This document shows, in pieces, positions 27,173 to 40,658 of a DNA stretch of 64,000 nucleotides (the stretch's first letter is position 1; each line of letters begins with the position of its first letter). Source of the DNA: Candidatus Dojkabacteria bacterium. GTDB taxonomy: Bacteria; Patescibacteriota; Dojkabacteria; B142; JAFGMG01. Position numbers and translations under genes: made by a program. Location of the stretch: the NCBI GenBank assembly GCA_016927655.1, contig JAFGMG010000010.1, positions 16,180 through 80,179 on the forward strand, in the 5' to 3' direction. The notes beneath the pieces were generated by a model, which was given only the letters and a program-made list of their open reading frames with translations, made no database searches and was not told where the DNA came from.

Positions 27173-30100
27173 ATGAATTTCACACATTTACACCTACATA
27201 CAGAATACTCACTGCTCGATGGGGTATCAAAAATTGATCCTCTCCTGGCAAAAGTCAAAGCTTCGGGAATGACTGCCTGCGCGCTTACTGATCATGGAGT
27301 AATGTTTGGTGCATTTCAATTTATAGAATCTGCACATGCAAATGGAATAAAGCCGATCATAGGCTGCGAGGTCTATATTGCTGAACGAACGAGATTTGAT
27401 AAACAGCCAGGTATAGACAATAAACGCTACCACACGACATTGCTTGCAAAAAATAAAACCGGCTATCACAATCTGGTCAAACTCGCTTCACTCGCACAAA
27501 GTGAAGGCTTCTATTATAAACCAAGAATTGATAAAGAGCTTTTAGAAAAATACTCAGAAGGAATAATAGCAATGACCGGCTGCATGGGAAGTCCAATGAA
27601 TCAGGCACTACTGCAAGGAAATGAGAAAAAGGCAAATGAGTGGGTCAGCTTTTTAAAAAGCAATTTTGATGATGTGTATGTCGAACTAATGCGCTTCAAC
27701 TATAAACCAAATGACGATCAGAACCCTAAACGAATAGAAATAGCCGAGAAGCACAACATTCCAATAGTAGCTACAGTTGATGCTCATTACATCGAACCTG
27801 AGGATTATAAGATTCAGGAAATTGCATGGTGCATAAGTGACGGGACAAAATTGAATGATCCAAATAGGCGTCAATACGTCTCAAGAGAATTTTGGGTCAA
27901 AACACCTGAAGAAATGCAGAAAAAATTCAACGATCTTCCTGAAGCAATTGAGAACACAATGAAAGTTGCAGATAGTGTAGAAGAATACAAAATAGGTTTC
28001 GAAAGAATCCAGCCAGAATTTAAAGACATTCCAAAAGGCAAAACGACAAAAAATTATTTATTTGAAAAAACTCTTTTAGGTGCGAAGGAGCGTTATGGCA
28101 AATTAGACAAAAAAATCAAAGAAAGAATTAATTATGAGCTCGAAATAATTCACAATAAAGGTTACGACGACTATTTTCTAGTCGTTGAAGATTATTGCAG
28201 ATGGGCAAGGGACCAGGGAATCCTTGTAGGTCCAGGCAGAGGCAGCGGAGCTGGTAGTGTCGCTGCATATTCACTAAAAATTACAAATATAGATCCATAT
28301 AAATACGATCTGATTTTTGAAAGATTTCTCAATCCTGAAAGACCATCTCCTCCAGATTTTGACATTGATTTTCAAGATGATAGAAGAGACGAATTATTTG
28401 AGTATATGAATGATCGCTATGGGCATGATAATACAGCGTTTATCGGGACTTTTGGGAGATTAAAAACAAAAGCAGCCATTCGTGATGTTGCCAGAGTGAT
28501 GGGAATAGATTTAAGCATTGCAGATAAGCTTTCAAAGATGGTCATTGTTAAATTCGGAAGAGTTCACTCAATAGACAAAATGATGGCCGAAGTCCCTGAA
28601 TTTAAGCAGATAATTGAGTCAGACTCAAAACTCCAGGAGCTTGCAGGCTATGTAAGAAAACTGGAAAATATTGCGAGACACACATCTACTCATGCTTGCG
28701 GTTATCTTGTAACCCCGACAGAAATAACAGATTACGTCCCTGTTCAAAAGGAAGGCAAAGGAGGGAATCGGCTGATGACTCAGTTTGAAGGTGGCCCGCT
28801 TGAATACCTGGGTCTTATGAAATTTGATTTTCTTGGCTTATCAAATCTTACTATTATTCAAAATTCGATAAAACAAATTAAATATACCCAGAATAAAGAA
28901 ATTGATATTGACGCAATCCCGATGGATGATAAAAAGACATTTGAACTTTTTCAAGAGGGCAACACAACAGGGGTTTTTCAGTTTGAGTCCGATGGAATGA
29001 AAAAATATTTGAAAGACTTGAAGCCGGAATCAGTAGATGACCTGATCTTTTTGAATGCTGCTTATCGCCCCGGTCCAATGAAATATATTCCAAGCTATAT
29101 TGAGCGTAAATTTGGCAGGGAAAAGGTTGAATACCTTCATCCAGATCTCGAGCCGATATTAAATACAACCTATGGCTATGCGATTTATCAAGAGCAGGTA
29201 ATAAACATTGCGGTTAAAATTGCCGGACATTCACTTGGGGAAGCAGATATGCTAAGACGTGCTATGGGGAAAAAAATTCCGGAACTTATGAAGGTCGAAA
29301 AAGAAAAATTTATAGAAAAGGCACAAAAAAACGGCTATACAAAAAAAACGGCAGAGGATATATTCGCCTACCTCGAACCTTTTGCCGATTATGGATTCAA
29401 CAAATCACATAGTGCCTGCTATTCTGTAATCGCTTATCAAACAGCCTATCTCAAAGCTAATTATCCGATTCAATTTTTAGCGGGACTTATGGAAACAGAT
29501 CTTGGAACATCAGATAAAATTACCAGGGACTTGAAAGAAGCGCGTGAAATGGGCATTGACGTTCTCCCTCCGCATGTCAACGAAAGTTTTGTAGATTTTA
29601 AAATTGAACCTGGCAAAAAATTTAAGGACGGGAAGGAAAGAATCCGTTTTGGACTTGGCGCAATAAAGGGAGTCAGTAACAAAATTGTAGCTAATATCGT
29701 AGAAGAAAGGGAAGAGAACGGAGATTTTATTTCACTAGATGATCTGATCGAGCGAGTCGGACCTTCCAAGCTGACAAAAAAAGTCCTCGAACTTTTAATC
29801 CAGGTTGGCGCTCTTGAAGGCTGGGGTAATAGGAATCAATTACTAGTCACAATGCCGCAGATTTTTGATAGAGTTTCCTCTCACGAGGAAAAACGGAAGG
29901 GCGGACAGGACAGCTTATTTGGAGGGCTTGATGCTTCTGAAATAGAAAAAACTACAACTCAATTACCAGACATCACTCCAGAAGACGACCAGCAGAAAAT
30001 TGCCTGGGAAAAAGAACTCCTCGGGACATTTTTGAGCCAGCACCCGCTAACAAGATTTAGGAAATTACTTGTAAATGGCAGAATTTTATCGATTTCAGAT

Positions 30101-30601
30101 GCTTCCTTGCTTAGAGAGAGAGACAAGGCAATGGTACTTTCAATTATTTCCGAAAAAAAAGTAATTTATACAAAAAAAGATAATAAACCAATGGCCTTCC
30201 TGCAGCTTGACGATGGGGACGACAAGGTTGATGGCGTTGTCTTTCCAAGCACCTACGAAAGAGTACGAGATGCTTTAGTTGAAAATCTTCCCGTTGTTCT
30301 GACAAGTTCAATCAGTTTTAGAGATGAAACTTTTAGTTTGATAATAGATGACATTGCTCCTGCAGAAATGCTTCCTGATGAGGATGAGATGACAATTGAT
30401 ATTACCGGTGTAAAGGACAAGGAAGAACTAGCACAGATCAAGCAGATTATTAAAGACAGCCCGGGTACTGAAATGCGCTTAAAAATTCTCTATGGAGTCC
30501 CATATGCAAAAAAAACCCTGGAAAAAACTATTTCCCCAACCGATCAGGCATTGCGCTTTTTGAAAAAATATAGCGTTGGAAATTCTAATAATATAAAATA
30601 G
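27173..30601 (+). CDS. dnaE: DNA polymerase III alpha subunit
   Basis: PHP domain (HLHLHTEYSLLDG), polymerase-core and OB-fold regions; 1142 aa. Confidence 0.9.
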   Translation: MNFTHLHLHTEYSLLDGVSKIDPLLAKVKASGMTACALTDHGVMFGAFQFIESAHANGIKPIIGCEVYIAERTRFDKQPGIDNKRYHTTLLAKNKTGYHNLVKLASLAQSEGFYYKPRIDKELLEKYSEGIIAMTGCMGSPMNQALLQGNEKKANEWVSFLKSNFDDVYVELMRFNYKPNDDQNPKRIEIAEKHNIPIVATVDAHYIEPEDYKIQEIAWCISDGTKLNDPNRRQYVSREFWVKTPEEMQKKFNDLPEAIENTMKVADSVEEYKIGFERIQPEFKDIPKGKTTKNYLFEKTLLGAKERYGKLDKKIKERINYELEIIHNKGYDDYFLVVEDYCRWARDQGILVGPGRGSGAGSVAAYSLKITNIDPYKYDLIFERFLNPERPSPPDFDIDFQDDRRDELFEYMNDRYGHDNTAFIGTFGRLKTKAAIRDVARVMGIDLSIADKLSKMVIVKFGRVHSIDKMMAEVPEFKQIIESDSKLQELAGYVRKLENIARHTSTHACGYLVTPTEITDYVPVQKEGKGGNRLMTQFEGGPLEYLGLMKFDFLGLSNLTIIQNSIKQIKYTQNKEIDIDAIPMDDKKTFELFQEGNTTGVFQFESDGMKKYLKDLKPESVDDLIFLNAAYRPGPMKYIPSYIERKFGREKVEYLHPDLEPILNTTYGYAIYQEQVINIAVKIAGHSLGEADMLRRAMGKKIPELMKVEKEKFIEKAQKNGYTKKTAEDIFAYLEPFADYGFNKSHSACYSVIAYQTAYLKANYPIQFLAGLMETDLGTSDKITRDLKEAREMGIDVLPPHVNESFVDFKIEPGKKFKDGKERIRFGLGAIKGVSNKIVANIVEEREENGDFISLDDLIERVGPSKLTKKVLELLIQVGALEGWGNRNQLLVTMPQIFDRVSSHEEKRKGGQDSLFGGLDASEIEKTTTQLPDITPEDDQQKIAWEKELLGTFLSQHPLTRFRKLLVNGRILSISDASLLRERDKAMVLSIISEKKVIYTKKDNKPMAFLQLDDGDDKVDGVVFPSTYERVRDALVENLPVVLTSSISFRDETFSLIIDDIAPAEMLPDEDEMTIDITGVKDKEELAQIKQIIKDSPGTEMRLKILYGVPYAKKTLEKTISPTDQALRFLKKYSVGNSNNIK

Positions 30602-30628
30602 AAATACTAATCATTATTTATTCTGATA

Positions 30629-30856
30629 ATGAAAAAATCTAGTTCAAACAATATTCTCAGACTTCTAACAAAGGCCTGGCTCATCGTAGTGTCCTGCTTC
30701 TGGGGATTTATGCTTCTAGGTTATGCAATTGGAGGTGATCCATACGCAGTTGAAGGTTCTGAACTAGAAGGGATTATTCTTGGTATTCTGATGATATTTG
30801 CTCTTAGCAGCACTATCTACACGTTTCGCAATGACGCCTTGGAAGCATGCTTCTAA
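30629..30856 (+). CDS. small membrane protein
   Basis: 75 aa, two TM. Confidence 0.4.
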   Translation: MKKSSSNNILRLLTKAWLIVVSCFWGFMLLGYAIGGDPYAVEGSELEGIILGILMIFALSSTIYTFRNDALEACF

Positions 30857-30990
30857 TTCTAGCTGGAATATTTTTGGCAATCTTTGCCGCACTGACGGCT
30901 GGCAGCAATCATATCTTTGCAATGGCAGTTTCTGGCGGAGTTTTCTTTCTTCCAGGAGCGATTCTTCTAATGATTAACTATAAACACTAA
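30847..30990 (+). CDS. small membrane protein in -1 frame overlapping previous ORF (possible frameshifted single gene)
   Basis: MLLILAGIFLAIFAALTAGSNHIFAMAVSGGVFFLPGAILLMINYKH read by hand. Confidence 0.3.
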   Translation: MLLILAGIFLAIFAALTAGSNHIFAMAVSGGVFFLPGAILLMINYKH

Positions 30991-31765
30991 ATAATTTTAC
31001 AAATTCATTAAATTCCAATTCCGAGGCTCGCGCCGCCAATTTTATTTCAGATTTCTTGAATATATTCTCCCAATCAGCTTCTTTATAAATTCCCCTCAAT
31101 ACTCCCTTCATCTGCTTTCTCGGTGACCTAAAGCAGTTTTTCAAAAACTTCACAAAAGCCTTGTAATCCTTTTTGTCTATTTCAGAGTGCTCCTTCTTTG
31201 TAAGTTTGATAACTCCGCCATCTACTTTTGGCATTGGAAAGAAATTTTCTTTTGGAATCGTTCTTAAATATTCAACGTTGTAAAATACTCGTACAAAATT
31301 TGCAAGAAAGCATGATTTTGGCGCTTCTGCAGCATAGTCTTGAGCCACCTCCTTTTGAAGTGTAAACACCATAATATCGGGTTTGTTTTCCAGCTCAATA
31401 AATTTTTTGATAATTGGCTTTGAGATATTGTAAGGAAGATTGCCGGTGACTTTGTAGTGATCTTTACCGGATAATTCTTCACTGGTTATCTCAAGTATGT
31501 CTTTATGAATTAGTTTGAAATTAGCATACTCACCGAATTTAGTCTGGAGGACTGGGATCAGATCATTATCAATTTCAATTGCCCGCAGCTCGATTGGTTC
31601 ATTTATCAAATACTCAGTCAATCTCCCATCTCCAGGGCCTACTTCTATAATATGATCACCGGGAACAATTTCCAAAGCTTCTATACTAGATAAAACGGCA
31701 TCTATATTCTTCAGGAAATTCTGCCCAAATTGTTTTTTGAAATTATGAGTCTCCATCAAGTTCAT
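30974..31765 (-). CDS. rsmA: 16S rRNA (adenine1518/1519-N6)-dimethyltransferase
   Basis: FGQNFL motif, VEVGPGDG SAM-binding. Confidence 0.85.
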   Translation of the reverse strand: MNLMETHNFKKQFGQNFLKNIDAVLSSIEALEIVPGDHIIEVGPGDGRLTEYLINEPIELRAIEIDNDLIPVLQTKFGEYANFKLIHKDILEITSEELSGKDHYKVTGNLPYNISKPIIKKFIELENKPDIMVFTLQKEVAQDYAAEAPKSCFLANFVRVFYNVEYLRTIPKENFFPMPKVDGGVIKLTKKEHSEIDKKDYKAFVKFLKNCFRSPRKQMKGVLRGIYKEADWENIFKKSEIKLAARASELEFNEFVKLFSVYS

Positions 31766-31859
31766 TATAACGGATAATATACATTAATCAACCTATCGCT
31801 TGATTTTGGATATTTCTTTAATATATAATTCAGAACTTTATTAAAATTGTAGAATGTGT

Positions 31860-32140
31860 TTACCAGAAGCTTCCTGTCCAGCAAATTGTGCTTTTAGATC
31901 AAAAGTTAATCCAGCTCAGGATGGAGAAATCCCAGGGCCAGAACATTGTGGGCTATTGAGGGGGTATAGTGCAGTTTTCTATCCAGACCCTCGCGAGAAA
32001 GGTGTACCTCTTGAAGCACACCGTCAAGGATTGAGACAGGCTCTAAACCATGAATTTGTTCAAGTACACGGATGTCGAAACCCGAACATTTTGATAGCAA
32101 TTGAAGAATTGGTAGACGACAGAACTAGTTAATTTTTATA
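31860..32140. ncRNA. candidate structured RNA in a GC-elevated intergenic island; family unassigned
   Basis: Hand count gives ~51% GC over 31921-32040 against a ~36% background. There is no convincing ORF. A short ACGACAGAAC string resembles RNase P CR-V, but the other conserved regions were not found. Confidence 0.3.
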
Positions 32141-32529
32141 CATTACTAAAAGAAAGAAATGGGAATGACCTCACCAGGAATAGAATGTGGAGCGCCAGCT
32201 TTTCATCCATGTAGCGCGAAGATAAAGGGCTGGAGAAAATTGTGGTGGTTGTACATTACTACATGGACTACAAACCCTCCCTCTTTCTAGCCTCACTCGG
32301 GAAGACAATAGAACAGCCGGAACTCTTATAAAGGCATTAGGAGCAGCTGGAGCAAGGAGAATGTCGATTAATATGCTAGCTAGTACAACTGCTGATTATG
32401 CAGAAAGTTATGGTTGTCCAGCATCAGGTTATGTTGAAGACCAAGGTATAAATATTCTCGAAGCAAGAACACCTTCATGGGATGAACCAACTCAACCAGG
32501 GGAATAATAGGTATAAATATCCTAAACTA

Positions 32530-33321
32530 TCACAACGCATTTTCATGCGCCTGCCATTCGAGGCTGTCATCTAGTGTTTCCAATTGCCCGAATTTTCTGC
32601 CGTACTTATTTTTCATTGCCAGCGATATTAGCAGATCAGCTATGTGTGGATTTTTTGGCAAGAAGCTTCCATGCAGGTACGTTCCAAATGCATTTTTATA
32701 TCTTAACCCATCAGAAATTCTATCCTCATTATCTCCAATTCCCTTTATAACTTTAGCTAACTTCATTTCATCTTTTCCAACAATCCTAGTCCTACCAGCA
32801 TGGTTTTCAAAACCAACAAGAGTAAACAAGTTTTTCCCCTTCACACCACCATAAGTGTAATATTTCCCAATCTCTTCTTTTGTCTTCTCATGAATAATTC
32901 TAGTCGAAATATTTCCAATACATCTCTGCTGAACATTTGGACCGGGAGCAACAGTTTCAATGGGGAAAAATCCAACTCCTTCAGCTTTTCTACTCTCCCC
33001 AGTTAAATAATATTTGCCCAGCAATTGATAGCCACCGCAGATGCAAAGAGCCACAGTACCGGTTCTTAAATCTTTAAGGAGTGCATCTTTCTTTTTCTCA
33101 ATCAAGTCAGGTGCAATATCCGCCTGCTGTCTGTCCTGCCCGCCACCAAAGAAATATATATCAGTTTCATTTGGCTTCAGCTTGTCACCAACTTTGACGC
33201 TCTTAATTTTGACTTTAATATCCCTGGCTTCAGCACGCCTCCTTAACACAATTACATTTCCAAGATCACCATAAAGATTCATCTCTTCAGGATACAAATG
33301 TGTTATTCTCAAATCCATCAA
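32530..33321 (-). CDS. gatD: lipid II isoglutaminyl synthase glutaminase subunit
   Basis: CobB/CobQ-like GATase with catalytic LCICGGYQLLG; immediately downstream of a MurT-like gene. Confidence 0.75.
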   Translation of the reverse strand: MMDLRITHLYPEEMNLYGDLGNVIVLRRRAEARDIKVKIKSVKVGDKLKPNETDIYFFGGGQDRQQADIAPDLIEKKKDALLKDLRTGTVALCICGGYQLLGKYYLTGESRKAEGVGFFPIETVAPGPNVQQRCIGNISTRIIHEKTKEEIGKYYTYGGVKGKNLFTLVGFENHAGRTRIVGKDEMKLAKVIKGIGDNEDRISDGLRYKNAFGTYLHGSFLPKNPHIADLLISLAMKNKYGRKFGQLETLDDSLEWQAHENAL

Positions 33322-33338
33322 AGCAATATTTTAACTAA

Positions 33339-36247
<2,909 letters not shown>

Positions 36248-36257
36248 ATTGAATTCT

Positions 36258-36385
36258 TACGTATACTAAACAACATACTTTATCTTATCACTATTTTACA
36301 CGTACATACTTACGTACATCACATTCCTTGTTATACACTCTCCTGTAGTCTATTTACTCTCTTATTCGTACATCCGTACGTACAT
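36258..36385. promoter_or_regulatory. operator-like array: four CGTACAT boxes (36301, 36313, 36367, 36379) plus TACGTA palindrome at 36258, between the RHH gene and divergent uvrB
   Basis: Read directly from sequence: two box pairs 12 bp apart, pairs 66 bp apart; palindromic core GTACGTAC at 36376-36383; candidate -10 TATGCTAAAAT for uvrB at ~36444. Confidence 0.45.
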
Positions 36386-36463
36386 TGATATAAGCGACCC
36401 ATAATAGATCACCTTACCTAACCCTGGAACCCACAAGAAATAATTATGCTAAAATGACCCGTA

Positions 36464-38545
36464 ATGTCACTTTTTCAGCTAAAAACAAAACTTAAACCCG
36501 CTGGAGATCAAAAACAGGCAATTGAGAAACTTACAGCAAATCTAAAATCCGGTGCGAAACATCAGACCTTGCTCGGAGTCACAGGATCCGGGAAAACTTT
36601 TACGATGGCAAATGTTATTGCAAATAGCAATAAACCAGCATTAGTTCTTGCACACAATAAAACTCTTGCAGCGCAGCTTTTCAACGAATTTAGAGAATTT
36701 TTTCCGAATAATGCCGTTGAGTATTTCATTTCATATTACGACTATTACCAGCCGGAAGCATATATCCCAAGAAGAGATCTCTACATCGAAAAGGAGACCA
36801 GTATAAACGAAAACATCGAACGCTACAGGAATTCTGCAATGCAAGCACTTCTAACAAGAAAAGACGTGATAATCGTCGCTTCAGTTTCCTGCATATATGG
36901 AATCGGAGACCCAGAAGACTACAGACAATTAAGCGTTGAACTTAAAACCGGGGAGAAATTTCCTCAGGATAAACTGCAGATGCGTTTAACTGATATGCAA
37001 TACGAAAGAAATGAATATGACTTTCACAGCGGTTACTACAGAACAAGAGGCGATACCATCGATATCAATATCGCAAGCGAAGAATCAGCAATCAGGATAG
37101 AATTTTTTGGTGATGAAATAGAAGGAATCAAGATATTTAATCCTATAACAGGCGAAATTCTTGAAAGGAGAGACAAAGTACAAATTTTTCCGGCGAAGCA
37201 ATTCGTCACCCCATATGAAAAAATTCCACGAGTAGTCAAGCAGATGCGTGAAGACCTTGATAAAGAGGTGGAATTATTTATGAAAAAAGGAAAAGAAATT
37301 GAAGCGCAAAGACTTAGACAAAGGACAGAATATGACATTGAAATGCTCACAGAGACGGGCTATTGCTCAGGTATTGAAAATTATTCCAGATACTTTGACA
37401 ATAGGCGGCCTAGAACACCTGGTTCAACCCTGCTTGATTACATGCCGGAAGACTGGCTGATGTTCATTGATGAGTCGCACATGACAGTTTCCCAGGTCAG
37501 GGGCATGTACAACGGAGATCAAGCCAGAAAACAAATGCTGGTTGACTATGGTTTTAGAATGCAGGCTGCCAAAGATAACCGTCCTTTAAAATTTCACGAG
37601 TTCAATGATAAACTTGATCAAACTATATATGTCAGTGCCACTCCCCAAGATTACGAGCTAAAACTAAGCAAAAAATGCATCGTGGAGCAGCTTATCAGAC
37701 CCACAGGATTGCTTGATCCAGTTGTTGAAATACGACCAACTGAGGCAAAAAAACTCAACGCACTTAAAATTGACATTAAAAGGCACAAATACAATGACAT
37801 GCCAATTCTCAAAGAAGAAGATTTCAAGGAAAACCAAGTCGACAATTTGATCAAAGAAATCAGAGCGACCATTGAAAAAGGCCAGAGAGTCCTGGTCACA
37901 ACCCTCACGAAAAGAATGTCAGAAAATTTATCAGAGTATCTAAACGAAATTGGCCTAAAAGTTCAATATTTACATTCCGATCTAGATGCAATTGAAAGAG
38001 TCGAGATTCTGCAGAAATTACGCCTGGGCCATGTAGATGTAGTAGTAGGCATAAATCTGCTAAGAGAAGGACTAGATCTTCCTGAAGTGTCTCTTGTGGC
38101 GATTATGGACGCCGACAAAGAGGGCTTCCTAAGAAGTGAAGTCAGCCTTGTTCAGACAATCGGAAGGGCAGCAAGACATGTTGAAGGGCGTGTCATTATG
38201 TACGCAGACAAAATTACCGGATCTATGAAACGAGCAATAGATGAAACAAGGCGTCGTAGAAAAGTACAAAATGAATACAACGAACTCCACGGTATTACCC
38301 CATTGTCAATCCAAAAAGCTGTCAAATCTAGTCTTGAACGAGCGAAAGAAGATGACAGCGACAAAACTAAACTTGATAAAGTCGGCAAAGATCTATTCAA
38401 GGAAGCGCAAAGCTGGAAGCTCATGAAGAAAAACGAGAGAAAAGCCCTTACCCAGGAAATTGAAATTCAAATGCAGATTTATGCCGACTCACTTGAATTT
38501 GAGAAAGCTGCAAAACTACGTGATTTACTTGGGACTCTTAAATAA
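36464..38545 (+). CDS. uvrB: excinuclease ABC subunit B
   Basis: N-terminal LKPAGDQKQAIEKL, GVTGSGKTFT Walker A, helicase motifs, C-terminal UVR domain. Confidence 0.9.
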   Translation: MSLFQLKTKLKPAGDQKQAIEKLTANLKSGAKHQTLLGVTGSGKTFTMANVIANSNKPALVLAHNKTLAAQLFNEFREFFPNNAVEYFISYYDYYQPEAYIPRRDLYIEKETSINENIERYRNSAMQALLTRKDVIIVASVSCIYGIGDPEDYRQLSVELKTGEKFPQDKLQMRLTDMQYERNEYDFHSGYYRTRGDTIDINIASEESAIRIEFFGDEIEGIKIFNPITGEILERRDKVQIFPAKQFVTPYEKIPRVVKQMREDLDKEVELFMKKGKEIEAQRLRQRTEYDIEMLTETGYCSGIENYSRYFDNRRPRTPGSTLLDYMPEDWLMFIDESHMTVSQVRGMYNGDQARKQMLVDYGFRMQAAKDNRPLKFHEFNDKLDQTIYVSATPQDYELKLSKKCIVEQLIRPTGLLDPVVEIRPTEAKKLNALKIDIKRHKYNDMPILKEEDFKENQVDNLIKEIRATIEKGQRVLVTTLTKRMSENLSEYLNEIGLKVQYLHSDLDAIERVEILQKLRLGHVDVVVGINLLREGLDLPEVSLVAIMDADKEGFLRSEVSLVQTIGRAARHVEGRVIMYADKITGSMKRAIDETRRRRKVQNEYNELHGITPLSIQKAVKSSLERAKEDDSDKTKLDKVGKDLFKEAQSWKLMKKNERKALTQEIEIQMQIYADSLEFEKAAKLRDLLGTLK

Positions 38546-39647
38546 CACCTTCCTCCCGGAAAAAATTAAATGCTATTTGAACAGTCGCGACCATCGGAAT
38601 TACAAGCAATGCTCCAAGTATTCCGAACATCCCGAATGCAGCAATAATTCCTAGAATTGTTACGATTGGATCAACCCCCACAGCTCTTTTCATTACTTTC
38701 GGTACAAGAAATACTGCTTCAAGGTTTTGAATCAAGAAACCAGAAGCAACAACGTATATAGATTGCAAAGCCATAACAGTCGTTGTATCCCCGCCGCCAA
38801 GGCTTGCACTGCCAATTGCGATCACTACAGCAATCATTGAAGTTATTGTAGGCCCTATATTCGGGACAGCTTCTAACAATCCGGCAATCAAAGCAATAGG
38901 CAGGGCGTACTGATCTAGAGTGTAACTGCTGAAAAACATACCCGGAAGCATTATAACCACCCAGGTGACAATCCCAATTGCAATCATTAGCAGCAGCTCA
39001 CCTACGAACCAGGAGCCAAGACCGGTTTCAATTTTTTTCATAAGTTTCATTGCTCTGGCCTGATCCTTCTTTGGCAGATAATCTATAATCGGCTGATAAA
39101 ATTTCTCCTGCCTATCAAGCATATAAATACTCACCATTAAAACAACAAAAACACTCAGAATAATTGTAGTGACCGAACTCAAAATTCCAAAAGCGTTTGA
39201 TATTATTCCACTCGTAAACTCTGTATTGGTCAAATTTTGACTCAATGACAAATCTTCTACAATTTTATTTCTATCAATTTGATCTTGGAGCCAAGGGAAA
39301 AGCTCTTCAACTTTTAGCAGAAAAGAATCCAATATCTTATCAAAATCACCAGTCAAATTATTATACTGATCTATCATCGCACTAACCCCGACAGCTAAAA
39401 TAAACGAAAGTACGACAAGGAATACAATATAGATAGTCAAAATTGCCACAGATCTGGGAACTCCAAGCTTGGTAAATCTATCTACAACCGGGTCGAATGC
39501 AGAGTATAAAATAAATGCAAAAAACAACATGAAGAACACACCACGAAGCTGCCATGCAAAAAATATCGCAATCAAAAAAAAGGCAATTTTGAAAAGCGTT
39601 CTCGTGGAAACTTCAAATTTTGTTACTTTTGCTTCCATAATTTGCAT
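38538..39647 (-). CDS. AI-2E (UPF0118/PerM) family transporter
   Basis: 8 TM, characteristic length and topology. Confidence 0.6.
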   Translation of the reverse strand: MQIMEAKVTKFEVSTRTLFKIAFFLIAIFFAWQLRGVFFMLFFAFILYSAFDPVVDRFTKLGVPRSVAILTIYIVFLVVLSFILAVGVSAMIDQYNNLTGDFDKILDSFLLKVEELFPWLQDQIDRNKIVEDLSLSQNLTNTEFTSGIISNAFGILSSVTTIILSVFVVLMVSIYMLDRQEKFYQPIIDYLPKKDQARAMKLMKKIETGLGSWFVGELLLMIAIGIVTWVVIMLPGMFFSSYTLDQYALPIALIAGLLEAVPNIGPTITSMIAVVIAIGSASLGGGDTTTVMALQSIYVVASGFLIQNLEAVFLVPKVMKRAVGVDPIVTILGIIAAFGMFGILGALLVIPMVATVQIAFNFFREEGVI

Positions 39648-39746
39648 TTAATATGAGTAAATACTGCTAAATATAGCAAACTTAATGACAAAATGGAACT
39701 AATTTGCTACAATTCATTTCGTATTTTTGAGATTATTAACATATAA

Positions 39747-40019
39747 ATGGCAAATCTAAAATCATCAAAGAAGGCGGTACGTGTTCAAAAAAGGAAAAGA
39801 GTGATCAATTTGGTTAAAATCGACGCATACAAAAAAGCCAGAAAAACTATTCTGGATCTTCTTAACAAAGGGGAATTAAAGGAAGCAGAGAAACAATTAC
39901 CAACAGCCTACAAAGCAATTGATAAGACAGCCAAAAACAATACTATTCACCAAAATAAGGCTGCAAGACTTAAAGCAAGGCTTGCTGCAAAACTAAAAGC
40001 AGCAAAAGAAACAAAATAA
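39747..40019 (+). CDS. rpsT: 30S ribosomal protein S20
   Basis: MANLKSSKKAVRVQKRKR... basic helical protein, 90 aa. Confidence 0.8.
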   Translation: MANLKSSKKAVRVQKRKRVINLVKIDAYKKARKTILDLLNKGELKEAEKQLPTAYKAIDKTAKNNTIHQNKAARLKARLAAKLKAAKETK

Positions 40020-40092
40020 ATTTTCCTTAGGTGACACGCCACAACTTTTAGTCTACAATTATCCAAAGAGTTACTTAAATCTGCCTGATCCC

Positions 40093-40641
40093 ATGACTAA
40101 ATCATTACTTGAAATTTTAGACGCATCTATTTTTCCAGCTGCTTTGATGATAGCAGCAAAGTTTATAGGCTTATACATTACAGTTGAGCTTTTTGCTCTG
40201 GAATGGGGCGTTGAAAATTCGCCAAACAGTTTTTTTTCAACTAGGCCGGTATTGTACTCAAGTGATGTTGCTCTTGTTTCAACAAATTCTGACCTACTGC
40301 TGCTTTTTATTATGCTGGCTGGTTTAAGTTTCTATATAATCAGAGCGACTTTTTTTCATGCCAGCCATATTGACCCCAAAATGCTTTCAAGACTCGCAAT
40401 AAACGGTCTTCTTGGAATAGTTTCAAGCTCATATGAAGTTTATAGGAAAGCAACAGTCTGGCTGATATTCGTCTGGGTCACAAATTTCACCATCCTCATC
40501 AATGCCCTGAATAACAAGACTGAAAGCTGGGTACCAGTAATTGGAATAATTGCAACATTATTTTTGAGCGTTATACTTCTTCGCGATGTAATCTACGAAG
40601 TAAAACTATCCAGAGAAAATATCGGGCAAACTCATAAATAA
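40093..40641 (+). CDS. membrane protein, hypothetical
   Basis: 4-5 TM ORF. Confidence 0.4.
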   Translation: MTKSLLEILDASIFPAALMIAAKFIGLYITVELFALEWGVENSPNSFFSTRPVLYSSDVALVSTNSDLLLLFIMLAGLSFYIIRATFFHASHIDPKMLSRLAINGLLGIVSSSYEVYRKATVWLIFVWVTNFTILINALNNKTESWVPVIGIIATLFLSVILLRDVIYEVKLSRENIGQTHK

Positions 40642-40658
40642 TCTGCTAAAATGCACCC

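Noticed and set aside
31854-32132. 92 aa ORF (and antisense 64 aa ORF) inside the GC-rich island as protein-coding genes
   Set aside because: Composition is atypical for this genome; the sequence is Cys/Pro/Gly-rich with no domain features, and both strands give similar-length ORFs. More likely these are by-products of GC-rich non-coding sequence.
31860-32140. Assignment of the GC-rich element to RNase P RNA
   Set aside because: Only a partial CR-V-like string was found. The P4 5' strand (GGAAAGUCCGG) and CR-II/III motifs were not located on either strand, so the element is left unassigned.
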